A DNA stretch of 64,000 nucleotides. It comes from the human T2T-CHM13v2.0 reference genome, Homo sapiens. Shown here one piece after another: positions 41,353 through 54,088 of this stretch (positions are counted from its first letter, which is position 1; each line of letters begins with the position of its first letter). A program made the position numbers and the translations under genes. The DNA is taken from the NCBI RefSeq assembly GCF_009914755.1, contig NC_060930.1. One strand, 5' to 3'. A model generated the notes under the pieces. The model made no database searches. It worked only from the letters and a program-made list of their open reading frames with translations, and was not told the DNA's origin.

Positions 41353-44334
41353 TCAAGCGCATAATGATCTCCCACTACTAGCTTGGAGAGAGGGATTGCT
41401 TTCCAGGTGACAAAGCATTGTCCCCTCCCAGGCCAAGAGAAATGCTCTTGGGTACAGCAATAGCCCTGCTGAGAAGGGGCTGGTCTGAAGGAGTTTCATG
41501 GGAACCTGGTTTTCTTGTCTCGCTTTTACCTATGGTGTCTTTTTCCACCATAAGTTCCACTCATCCCTGTGGCCTAGTCCACGGGTCCTCTTTTCCATGG
41601 TGCCGCAGAGATGCTCCAGGCAGACGCCTGCTCTGGCTGAGACCCGGGCCAGCTGCCCCTCCTGGCTGCTCTCCATCCTGAGATGCGCCTGCTCCTTTGT
41701 CCCCCTGGGAGACACTTGTACCCCCAGCTCTGATCCCAGAGCCTGGCCTGCTCCTCCTTCCACACATACGAGCCTGAGACCCCGCTCACATGGGAGGCAT
41801 TTCTCAGTCACCTCCGCCCAGTTACAGCGAGAACCGTGTGGTCAGAGTTGCATCTTCCTGAGTTGAATCTGGAAAATGCACGACCTACTTGTTTAATGAT
41901 GTAAAAACATGTGCTTGGATCTGATCTCCATCACTGAACCTTAAACGCAGAGTCTTCCCCTTCTGTCTCCTGCGGCTCATAAGTGCCTTATACTTACATG
42001 ATCTGAGGCAGGTTATCAAACGCTCATGTTCTACCTGCTCCTGAGCTCTAGGCCAAAATAGGAATATTAAGAGAGCCAAGCATTTGCTTGTGCTCATGTT
42101 TTGAACCATCCAGCCCCTCACCAGTGCCTTCTTCCATTTAGCTGACGTGACAATGGCAGGAAACCAGCACTCCGCAGCCCATGCCTCCCACCAGGATGCT
42201 ACCTTGTTGGCGTCCCCATCCGCTCTCAAATGCTCACACTCATATAATAAATACACGCTACTTAAAAAAAAGAATGGCTTCTTTAAAAACCGCAAAGGCC
42301 AGCCGACTGCAGACAGCCTCTGAAGAGCTGCTTTCCTTGACCCCCCAAGGCTATAAAATAAATGCAATTTGAATAGGAAGTCTGTTCAAATTCACCAGCT
42401 CCTCTGGGAATAATGAAGATAAAACCCAAGCCTTGATCCCTGTGTTCGCAAAATGACTCAAAAAAAAAAAAAAAAAAAAAAAGAATTGACATCATTTAAA
42501 GGACTCTGAGGCTTAAGAGTCCAACTCTAAAGTACACCCACTCCCTGAGGACGCAGAGCAAATGCAGGAAATCACGCCCTTCCAGGTGCAAAACAAATCA
42601 GATCTTGTCCCTCTCACAGGCATCAAAACACAAATCATCAGTTCCCGACAGAAACAAATCCTGCCCTGCCAAGCCAACAGAAAAACACTGGAGACAGAAA
42701 TGAGCTCAGAGAAGGGCCGAGGGACAATGACAAGGTGGGGACCCTGGACCCTTGGGCTCCGCTAGCCTTCCCCACAGCTTGCAGAAGAGGGCTCAGCTCC
42801 TCCATTACAGAAGAGACAAAATACAGGGACTGCTTCCATCAAATCCCCCATCATCTCACTCTGTCTGTCTGCAGAAGCTGTCAGGCCTGGCTGGGTGCTG
42901 CCTGTCTCAGGCTCTTACTGCAGAGCTTGTTTCCAGAGGGCCAGAGGCCGTCCTGTGTCTCCTTTAATGCCTGCGGGGGACGCAGAGGCCACTGAGTCTA
43001 GGATCAGGACTGCGACACCTACTTTCTCACCATCCCATCTGCCTGGTAAACCTTTGTCTCTCTCTGAACATTCTGCATTTCAGACTGTCTTGTAGACACC
43101 ATGAAGTGAGGTTTTGGTTTGAGCCAATTTGAAAATCTCTTCTTTAAATGGGCGAGTAAAGCCGAATATTCACAGGCATTGATACAGCTGTTTTTTTTTT
43201 TTTTTGTAAATTATGCTGACAATATGGTTATTCTAAGGATTAAATATTTCACGTGTTGAACACAATGCCTGGCACATAGTAAGTTCTATTTTAAATGTAT
43301 ATTGAATAAAACATAAATAGGACGTTAATGTGATTAAGACAAACAGAGAAAAGGATTTAAAGAGAGAAGAGGCCAGGAGACGCGGGAGAAGACAATGCTA
43401 ACAGGTTGTCTTAACAACACATGGAAAGCTCCTCACTGCACAGCCCCCAGATGCCTCACTCCACGAGTGAAATCCCTGCACGGCAGGCCGAGAGCGTGGG
43501 TGCAGCAGTCTGCCTGACGTGAGAGCCATGTCATCACATATCTAGAAGGTAAGGGTACCTCCGGTTCTGGAACACACAATGTAGGCACATTTCGCTGGGG
43601 GCTCCATGTACATTTCTAAATAGATACCAGTGCAGGGACCTGGCTACCCTCTGATAAGAAGGAAGTGAGGCCTGACAGAAACTGACCTTCCAGTAACCTG
43701 GAAGAGACTGCTCTGACGGAGACAGGAGATGGCTGCTCTGTGAATACACCCAAATCTCCTAGGGCAGGAGGGGCAAAGTCACCGTTCTAGGACACACCTG
43801 TGACCACACCAGGCCTCCAACAACGGAGCAGCTGGCTAAGGAACGATGTCCTGGGGCTCTGGTCACATGGAACAGACCCAGTCTGAGCTAGAGACACCCC
43901 CCAGGCCCACCAGGCATCAGCGTGGGCTCCTGCCATGCGTGGAGCTCTTCGTCTTGACAGGGTCCCTGCGCCAAGAAGGCAACAGGCTCCGAGGGGAAAA
44001 CTCGAGCAAGAGAGTCCCCTGAATCGGTGCCATCTGTCTAAATTCCAAGTATGCCTGCCTGATCTACCAGGGCACTGAAGAGTTTAATAGAGAAAAAAAA
44101 AAACAATCTGTGAGCTTTATCCCAAGCACAAAACAGCCACTCAGGCGTGGGAGAGCTCCTTTCTCCCCGTGTACGCCACATGCACTCACTCTACAGGGAC
44201 CACAACATCCAATTCACAGGCATGGAGGGGAAACAGCAAAATAAACAGACTTCACTTTGGAGTTGTTTTTTAGAAAGCTGCAGTTTGTGAATTTCTCTTG
44301 CTTTTTAAAACAGAATATTTCCAAAACTTGGGCA

Positions 44335-44538
44335 TCAATGCTTGGTCTTTTTAGGTGGGGGATAGAAGACTGGGCCATCTTCACAGACTCTCAGACCCCG
44401 GCTCTCGGCGGCCCCATTTGCCAGCCAGACTTCCTGCTTGGGGGACGGCTGCTCCCCCGGCTCGGTGCAGTTTTGCAGCTGCTGGTCTTGCTTAGTGAGG
44501 CACAGTTCTATCTGACCAATTGTCTGTACTTCCTCATC
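44335..44538 (-). CDS. RNASET2: Ribonuclease T2, exon 9 (last coding exon)
   Basis: AG acceptor at 44539-40. Translates DEEVQTIGQIELCLTKQDQQLQNCTEPGEQPSPKQEVWLANGAAESRGLRVCEDGPVFYPPPKKTKH*, with TGA at 44335-44337. Confidence 0.98.
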   Translation of the reverse strand, partial: DEEVQTIGQIELCLTKQDQQLQNCTEPGEQPSPKQEVWLANGAAESRGLRVCEDGPVFYPPPKKTKH

Positions 44539-45024
44539 CTAAAAGTAAACAATGAAAGACGCTTTAGAATTCAGATCTTGGATTATCATCAAGGTCTTAA
44601 GATCATGAACTTTTAGAACTTTTAGAAGATAACAAAAGCAGAGGCTCCACACCACAGGTTCTAGGTTCCAAGAACGGACCCCTTCATTGAGCAGAAGGCT
44701 GCTGTGCACTAAATTGGAAGGAGTGGCCCCAGGTGACTCGCCTGTGGGCAGTGGAGCTGGGCTTGGGGGTTGGATCCCCTGGTCACCACCAGAGGCCAGC
44801 CTGGTGCCCTGGTGAAAAGCCTCTGCTTTTATGTTAGAGAAAATTAACAAAGTTACACACAGATACAACAGCACTCAACATATCTATCAAGATATTAGGA
44901 GAAGAAATGGCTTTTGTAGGCCAAAAGGGCAACAGTACCCTATTGCTAAAAGAACAGGTATATTCTTGTTAAAGATAAGCAAGAAGACAAACCCTGTCCT
45001 AGCATGCTGTCAAGAAACCATGCT

Positions 45025-45690
45025 TGCTCACACACAGCACATGCTCACACAGACACACATGCATGCTCACATACACAGATGTGCAGGCCTGTGCACACAT
45101 GCAGAACATGCCCATATGTGCACACATACACACAGTACATGAACATGTTCATATGCACATTCACACAGAGGCACAGGCCCATGCACACACACAGCACATA
45201 CCCACATGCATGTACACACACACACACACGCACATGCCCACACAGCACGTTCACATGCATGCACACATTCACACATGCACACACATGCCCACATGCATGT
45301 TCACACAGAGAACATGCACACACATGCACACACACAGCACATGCACACATGCATGTACATGCACACACAGCACATGCCCACATAATGTACACACTTGCAC
45401 ACACAGCACATGCGCACATGTATACTCATGCGCATACAGCACATGCACACATGCATGTACATGCACACACAGCACATGCCCACATAATGTACACACATGC
45501 ACACACAGGACATGCACACACATGCACACATAGCACATGCCCACATGCATGTACACACACATGCACACATAGCACATGCCCACATGCATGTACACACACA
45601 TGCACACACAGCACATGCACACATGCATGTACACACACACATGCACACACACACCACATGCCCACATATACAGACACAAATGCACAAATA
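45025..45690. repeat. Degenerate (CA)/(CACATG)n purine-pyrimidine repeat in RNASET2 intron 8
   Basis: cacacagcacatgcccacatgcatgtacac units. Confidence 0.92.
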
Positions 45691-45790
45691 CAAGTCTGCC
45701 CCAGGGAACTGCATGGTGAAGACAAGGCCATCAGAAAAGTAGAACCTGTCTTCTTGAGAAAAAAAGGAAGACAAAACATAACTGTCTAAC

Positions 45791-45865
45791 CTGGCTTGGT
45801 GGAAGGCACTGGATTTTGGGTATCACTCCATATACTCTGGCAAGGGCATCTTTAAAATCTGCAAC
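45791..45865 (-). CDS. RNASET2: Ribonuclease T2, exon 8 (75 nt)
   Basis: VADFKDALARVYGVIPKIQCLPPSQ. Acceptor atcag, donor GTTAGA. Confidence 0.98.
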
Positions 45866-47933
45866 CTGATTTTAAATACAAGTGTATTAGAAATTAAACT
45901 TCAACAGAAAAGATCTGACAGTTCTGGACTATCCTGAGCGCAACAGTGGCAGGGTCCTGGTCTCCCTTGGCTGGCAGGGACAGGACCCAGCACAGGTGTG
46001 AGAATGATGCCCCCACCTCCACCAGCGAAGCAGAGGATGCTGTCAACCTGGGCTTCATCCCCAGACCACAAGCCGCTCGCTGCGGCTCTGTTTTCCTCTC
46101 TGCTCCTGTTTCTCTGGAGAGCAGAGCTCTCCTCCTCCCAGTGTCTTTCTGGGCCCCGAGCTGTCTCACCTGAAACGCCACCTGCCACAGCCACCCTCAT
46201 CCACCAACAACTACTCTGCCTTTCGCGGCCCATAAAGCTTTCTCAGCCCTGTCCACTCTGAAGTATCTCTCTCTCCCGACCCCCTCCCCACGGTGGACAC
46301 ATTCTCCTTCACAGAAGAAAGGCCCTGGGACCCCTCAGCTACCGGTCCCGAAACTGCAAACCTAGACCCCCCTGTGCTCCAACCTCCTCTTGGATGAGGG
46401 GCCTCCTCCTCGCTCTACTGAGGGAGTCCTCCCCCACTGCTTCTGCCTCGTGCCTTCTGACTCAAACCTCCTAGGAGGACACCTGCATCCTCTCAGCCTC
46501 GTACTCTGGCTTTGGGGGGCACCAAGCTGGGGTCACCAGCTCCAGCAGATGCCTTTTGCCCCTTGCCTCAGACACTGTCCACTCCTTCCACGAAGCTCTC
46601 CTGTGGGCCTCCTGAGCACCTGCTCCACTGACCGCCTGGCTGCCGGCTGCCATTCCTGCCCCCTCTCCTTGGCCTCCTTCTTCTCCTTCACTTATGGCGA
46701 GTTTTCACTGCCTTCCATTGGAAGCTATCTTTTCCACCCCATGGCTTCCCTCCCATCCAGAGCTCTCTTCCTGGACTCTGCAGAGAGCTCCAATTCGAAC
46801 TGTCCATGCAGGGTCTGATCATCCTCCCCTCTTGCCAAGCTTCTGACACCAGCAAATGTCACTCCTATGGAGGCCTGAGGCAGGACCTCTGCCTCTCCCA
46901 TCCCCCTGTCCCAAACGGCCAAGTCCAAGCTCCCCACACTATCCCTTCCTCTCCAGCTGCATAGCCATAGGCCCAGATTCCCCCAGCATGTGACCTACTC
47001 GGAGGGTCTCTGTGCCTAGCCTCTCCCCAGTACCACGGGGACAGCAACAAGCAAACACCCCGGCCTACTCAGAGCTCAGCGCTGCTGGAGGATGAGGTCC
47101 TCATGTCTATGGCTCCCACCCGGCCCCTTCCCAACCCTCCTGCTCTGCCCCTGAGCCCCCTCAAGAAGCAACTGGTCCCATATCTCCCAGCCCCCAGCCC
47201 CCAGCTCTGCTCCACTGAACCACTCCCCTCAGGGCCTGGGCAGGCTGCAGGCCTCCATCTCAGCAACGCATTTCCCAGGAAATGTCTGGGTCGGCAGCTC
47301 TCCTGGGTGCTCCCGCAGCCCTGATTTCCCCATAAAACAGATGAGTGGATACGTGGCTGGATGCTGGATGCAAAAGCAACAAATTTCTCCTGATGATAAA
47401 TCAAACTCCTTTCAAAGGACAGGACTCCGAGTATCCACCGTGCTGTTTCTGATGCCCAAACAAGCGCCGTTCGCACCTGGAAGCAGCTCAGCAAATGTGT
47501 GGCCCCTGTGGCTTTTGCCACCCCTGTAATCAGTTCCCTGAACACCGAGCTCTGGGCAAACATGGCAGGCACATGTCCCTCATCTATTCGCACATGAGTC
47601 CAGGTGAGGACGGTGAGGGCCCTGCAAGCGATCATCTTACGGCTTCCTGGGGTTGGGGTTGAGGGGGAGTCTGGAAAGGGCTGGTAGACTCCTTCCTCAA
47701 GTCCACTGCTCCCCACACTCTGGAAAAATGGCTGCACAGGTAAGCAGACACCATGAGAGCAAAGACACTGTTGCCAATTTATTTCACAAACAGTCAAGAT
47801 ACCAAAATAATTGTTCAACATCCAGCCATCGCCCCAGAACTACTAAGATCAGTGACTTTCAACCTTTTTCTAAATCCACAACCTGTGATAAATACGAAAA
47901 CTATCTCAAAGAATCTGATACCTTTCTCTAAGG

Positions 47934-48087
47934 CAAGAGTCTGCAAACATTTTCCGTAAAGGTCCACGTCGTAAATATCCCGGGATTTGTGGATGACACA
48001 TCGGTCCCTACTGCAGCTACACCATGGGAGCACAAGCATCCCCAGGTAACAAAGGAGTACAATTTTGTTTACAAAAACAGGCAACCA
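47934..48087 (+). mobile_element. MER58-like hAT-Charlie fragment
   Basis: gcaaacattttccgtaaagg...gtaaatat...tttacaaaaacaggc resembles MER58A. Confidence 0.55.
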
Positions 48088-48105
48088 AGAGTTGAAAACA
48101 ACTAC

Positions 48106-48397
48106 TTTTTCTTTTTTTTTTAAAGAGACGTGATCTGGCTGTCGCCCAGACTGGAGTGCAGTGGGGCGACCATGGCTCACTGCAGCCTCAAATTCCTGGG
48201 CGCAGGCAATCCTCTGACCTTAGCTTCCTGAATAGCTGAGACCACAGACACATACTATCATGCTCAGCTACTTTTACTTCTTTCTAGAGGTCTCACTCTG
48301 CTGCCCAGGCTGGTCTCGAAATTCTAGCCACAAGCAATCCTCCAGCCTGAGCCTCCCAAGGTCCTGGGATTTATAGGCGTGAGTCACCACACCTGGC
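48106..48397 (-). mobile_element. AluJ
   Basis: Diverged Alu dimer (gcaatcctc, catggctcactgcagcctc). Confidence 0.88.
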
Positions 48398-48837
48398 AAA
48401 AAGCAACTTTTTGTATATGCTTACCAGCTAATAACATCTTGTCATGCTTAAATATCTATAGTTTCTTTTATCATAAAACAAATCACAATTTTATCATGAA
48501 AACAAACCACAAACAAATATAAGACTACGTTATAAAAGTGAATGTGACTCTTCAAACTGCAGATTCCACCTGCTCTGCCGGACCCTGGAGCACACACTTC
48601 TCACAAAGGGAGCCATGAAATCTGTGCTTCCAAATCACTGGTCTAAGCAGCCTTCAGCTCCTACTCAACATGCGCAGGAAAATAAAATGCAAATAAAATC
48701 TGTTCACATGATAACATTTAAGTAGGAAGGGGGTTTGCACTGGGGCAATTTACAGCCCATTGACTCAGAGGCTGAAACGGCCCTACTGGAGGTCCCCGGG
48801 AGAGACACACGAGAAAAGAAGCAAAAGCAAGACTTAC

Positions 48838-48883
48838 TTGGTAGTAATTGATGGATGGTTTTATCCCCAATTTTAGAAGCACA
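48838..48883 (-). CDS. RNASET2: Ribonuclease T2, exon 7 (46 nt)
   Basis: (S)VLLKLGIKPSINYYQ. Acceptor ttttag, donor GTAAGT. Confidence 0.98.
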
Positions 48884-49274
48884 CTAAAATTTAAATTTAA
48901 AAAAGTTAGCTGTATAATGAAGGTCCACTTTGCTTTCTTGTTCTTTTCAGGTATCATATTTCATGGTAAAAATTAAGACACTCTTAAAGGAAAGTGTTTT
49001 CTATGACTTTATGCAACAAATGTGTCAACATGGACTGCAAATACATGGTTCCCAGTCCCCGCCTTCCCCACCCCTTAGCACACACACAAACTGCTCCAGG
49101 CAGGTACCCTTTCCAGTTCCTGACTCCTTCGGAGCATGGGAGCGCTGGGGCCACCACCGAGTGGAGCTGGCACACACATCACCACCCGTTTGCCACACCT
49201 GCTTTAAAAGACAGCAATTGAAATCGGATTCCAGGCTTATCCTGGTAAACTGCATTTGGACAAATCTTTAAACA

Positions 49275-49583
49275 CAGTCATGCGCCACATTACGACATTC
49301 AGTCAGTGAAGGCCTGCATGTACGAGGGCGGTCCCATATGACCACATTTCTACTGTGCCTTTTCTATGTTGAGATATGTTTAGATACACAAATCCTTACC
49401 ATTGTGTTACATACAGGTGCCTACAGTACTCAGTAGAGTCACACACTGTACAGGTTTGTAGCCTCGAAGCAACAGGCTATACCACAAAGCATATGTGTGT
49501 CGTGGGCTGTATCAGCTAAGTAAGTGCACTCCAAGATGTTCACATGACAATTTTATACCCCATCACCAAGCAATACATAACCG
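49275..49583 (+). mobile_element. Tigger3a/MER7-like TcMar DNA transposon
   Basis: cagtcatgcgccac... terminus, internal ttaccattgtgttac and ctgtacaggtttgtagcct, degenerate opposite TIR followed by TA. Confidence 0.75.
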
Positions 49584-50009
49584 TATGGTAAGTCCCTACA
49601 GCTTTCAATCACCTCCTAAAGCACTTCTACACAGAATCCTACCAAACTACCATATATAGAATTCACTTATTAAAGTATAAAGGTACACTGTAAAATTCTG
49701 AATCATTGCAGAAGAATATCCTAGTTCCCCATCAAGCCTTGGTAGAAAATTCTAGATCACGATCACAGAGTGGACACAAAGACTTAGACATCCTCTGTGG
49801 GCAATAACTTATTGTCAGACTGTCTTGGCCACAGAGTTCCTGGAACAAGGACCGAGATGCCGGACCAGGGTCCTTTCAGCCCCATCATGGCCCGAACCCA
49901 CAGGACCTCGCCTACCCTAGCTGTTGGTGTTGTATGAATAACAGGTTTCAGACTTTGCAGTTAAAAAAAAAAATGTAAACTAGCTTATTAATTTTTTAAT
50001 ATTTATCCT

Positions 50010-50162
50010 AAGTTTCGATGATCCTATTTTTGATATATTGAGTTTAATAAAATATTTTTGAAATTAATTTAACCTGTTTCTTTTTGCTCCTTTTAATGAT
50101 GCTACTAGAAAATTTAAAATGACATCTGTGGCTCGTGTTACACGTCTATTGGGTAGCATGCT
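50010..50162. mobile_element. MER33/MER3-like hAT fragment
   Basis: gctactagaaaatttaaaatgacatctgtggctc motif. Confidence 0.55.
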
Positions 50163-50417
50163 CCTGACTTGGGTGATCAAGGGAATACGGCAAAGAGAGA
50201 AAGATGTGGGGAAATGCAGCACCTAACCCAGCATCATGCTTTCTGCTGAGTTGAGATGAGCTTGGCACGCATCCCAGGTCTTTATCTGTGGGTACTCTAG
50301 CACGTGCCATCAGCTCATCTGTGTCTATGGGAACCCTGACAACTTTGCTTCAAGATGATTTGTGGTTTTTCAGGTTTGCTGCCTTCATATTATGAAGTGA
50401 AGAAAAACAAGCTACAA

Positions 50418-50718
50418 TTTTTTATTCTATTTTATTTTTTTGACACAGAGTCTTGCTCTGTGGCCCAGGCTGGACTGCAGTGGTGCGATCTCGACTCACT
50501 GCAACCTCCGCCTCCTGGTTTCAAGAGATTCTCCTGCCTCAGCCTCCTGAGTAGCTAGGATTACGTGCACCACCATGCCCAGCTAATTTTTGTATTTTTA
50601 GTAGAGACGGGGGTTTCACCATGTTGGCCAGGCTGTTCATGAACTCCTGACCTCATGATCCACCCGCCTTGGCCTCCCAAAGTGTTGGGATTACAGGCGT
50701 GAACCACTGTGCCCAGCC
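50418..50718 (-). mobile_element. AluS
   Basis: Full dimer. Confidence 0.92.
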
Positions 50719-51118
50719 TGTTCCAGTTTATGATAATTTGAAAAGCCAACCTATGAGAAAAAGATAATTTGTGATACCAGTTTACAAGGAAAAATGAGGG
50801 GTCTTAAATTTTGACTTCTTAATTTAATTTTTAGATTAAAATGAAGGCACTAAGAATTATAGATTTCCCTTGGAGAAACTAAGAATATAATTTTCCTATA
50901 ATTGTTCTTTATAGGTTTTAGCAAACATACTCTCAGTAGTGCTTTGCCCTGGCAGGCCCTCAGTGAACATTTACTGAATGAATGAATGAATGAATGAATG
51001 GAGGACGCACCATTCCCATCTACAGCAATGGCAGGGCAGCACTGGGCTCTGCTGAATCCCCACAGGAACTCCAGGACTTAGAGTTTTGCATGTGTCGTGT
51101 GTGTGTGTGTGTGTGTGT

Positions 51119-51536
51119 GTGTCTCAGTCTGTCTAGTGTCGCTATACAGGAATACCTGAGGCTGGGTAATTTATTTAAAAAAAGAGGTTTTTTTGGCTCA
51201 GGGGTCTGCAGGCTGTCCGAGAAGCATGGAACCAGATTCTGCTTCTGGCAAGGGCCTCAGGAAACTTCCGCTCATGGCAGAAGGCAAAGGGGAGCTGGTG
51301 TGTACAGAGATCACATGGCCAGAGAGGAAGCCAGGGGTTGGGGGCGGTGCCAGGCTCCTGTTAACAACCAGCTCTCTGGGGAACTGAGTGGGAACTCGCT
51401 CACCCCTGCAAGGGGGCATTAACCTACTCATGAGGGATCCTTCCCCGCAGCTCAAACACCTCCCACCTCCACACTGGTGATCAAATTTCAACATGAGATT
51501 TGGTGGGGATAAACCAACCACATCCAAACCATAGCA
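51119..51536 (-). mobile_element. MST (MSTB-like) MaLR solo LTR, preceded by (TG)n microsatellite 51097-51122
   Basis: ggaatacctgaggctgggtaatttat ... tttcaacatgagatttgg ... caaaccatagca. Confidence 0.8.
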
Positions 51537-51750
51537 GGAAAGCTACTGAGTTTCAACGAGTGTAAGTAGGAGCCACTTAATAAACTATTTGTTGGATACA
51601 GAGATGAATTATTTAGATGATTGATTTTAAAATTTTCAGTAGTATCCATTTATCCTTTCTCTGTTTGATTAAATGAACTGGTTTATGGAGTCAGCCTGGA
51701 AAACACCAGCACTCTGCAGCAGGGTCAGGACTGTGAGACCCCTGTTTTGA

Positions 51751-52221
<471 letters not shown>

Positions 52222-53642
52222 TAGGTGAGAAAATGTTTCCTAAAATATTGCTCTTACTGCAAGAAAGCAATGCTTCCTTTATTAAAAACCTAAGATTAAA
52301 TTACATAGATCAAATTATATACACAAACTATATACAAATCAAAGTGTATAGGTCTGTGTACGTTTCTTAGTGTATATACCTGGTAGTGCAGATTTTAAGA
52401 GCTGGAAGAGACTTCAGGGTTGAGGGCAACCTATCCATTTATTTCACAGCATGGAAAAAAGAGCTAGAGGTTAGATACACAAATTGTACAACTAGTTAGT
52501 GTCAGAACCAGGATGAAAAGGCACACCTAATGCCACGCGCTCTGGGAGGTGATTTTTAAAGAAGTTTATTCACAGGGCATTCTTTGATGTAATCTTGATC
52601 CCCGCTAACCGTGCCAAGCCCCTCTTCTATCAGTGCCTGAGCTCTATCCCACCCAAGTTGCAGCTGTTAGACTGCGTTTCATCAGATGACACAGGAGACC
52701 ATCTGTGTGAGACGATTTTGTACGTTGAGGAGGCAAAGCACATGTCTAGATAAGCAATGGAGGTTTATTCATCTTTTAAGCAGTTTTGATTCAGAAACCT
52801 TAAATACAGCTGATTAGCTAAGGCTCCTGGTATTATTCTGATTTGAAGGAGAATTGCTCTAAAACAAGCTGCGTGAATTCCAAAAGCAGCAACACAGAGG
52901 CTGTGCAATTGCCTGTCATGTTTTTCACGACTTCACTGGTTTATTATGACCTCTTATGATGAAGGTCAGTGAGAGCAGCTAAGACGCTGACACCCTGAAA
53001 CGTCCCGACGGAGAGGTAAGGGCACACCCTGGCTCTCTAGCAACCAGATTCGGACAGTGAGTGGGCTCGGTGTGGCGCTCAGAAGGCACTTTGCTTTACA
53101 AGTCAACTGGCTCAAGTGGGACAACGTATTCCACTTCTCAAGAATAGAGGTGAGGGCAGGCAGGGACGATTTAGGCAGGTTGGGGTCATTTCTGGGGCTT
53201 AAAGAACCCTGGCCCACATCTCTTTCCTGCCTGCTTGTTCCAGGAGTTCTGCGGCAAAGACCTACAGACTTCCAGAGTTTCCGTCTTTCTAAGGAAACGA
53301 CTTATTAATGCACTATCCTTTATCAGGAATCATGGCTGAGAACGGCACATGCTGGTTGGAGTCCTCGTTTTCCCTATGGCCGACTCTGATGATGAGATGG
53401 TGCCCAGATGGGCATCCCAATACTCTGCACCCACTCTGTGTGATCGTGATGTAGAATGATCTGGAAAGGCTTGGTAGGCTCAGAACATTCCTCAGGAATG
53501 ATCCCAGTAGCCGAATAGTGCACATGCAGAAGCTGCTGGAGGGCAGTGAGGTCTACACCCACTCCCCTGGATCCAGCTGTCAGGCTTGGGCGACAGCAGA
53601 GATCCCCACTGGGAAGTGCAGCCGGGGGAAGGGCGCACCCAC

Positions 53643-53756
53643 CTGTTGAGGTCCAGCTCCCTGTAGAGTTCCAGGCTTCTGCCAAAGTACTTCTTCTGGG
53701 AGTTGAGCGCATCCACCTGGGCGGCGCAGGTCCCATGCTTTTCCCACTCATGCTTC
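53643..53756 (-). CDS. RNASET2: Ribonuclease T2, exon 6 (114 nt, catalytic CAS II)
   Basis: (W)KHEWEKHGTCAAQVDALNSQKKYFGRSLELYRELDLN(S), the T2-family active-site motif. Acceptor cacag, donor GTGGGT. Confidence 0.99.
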
Positions 53757-53768
53757 CTGTGAGGATTA

Positions 53769-54088
<320 letters not shown>

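Noticed and set aside
44398-44400. CGG (Arg236) CpG codon, a remembered polymorphic site
   Set aside because: The sequence carries the ordinary Arg allele. All RNASET2 splice sites and Cys184 (45806-45808) are also intact, so no variant is evident.
45004-45789. His/Thr/Cys-rich ORFs (up to 261 aa) suggesting a metal-binding protein
   Set aside because: Translation artefact of the (CA)/(CACATG)n repeat, open in multiple frames on both strands.
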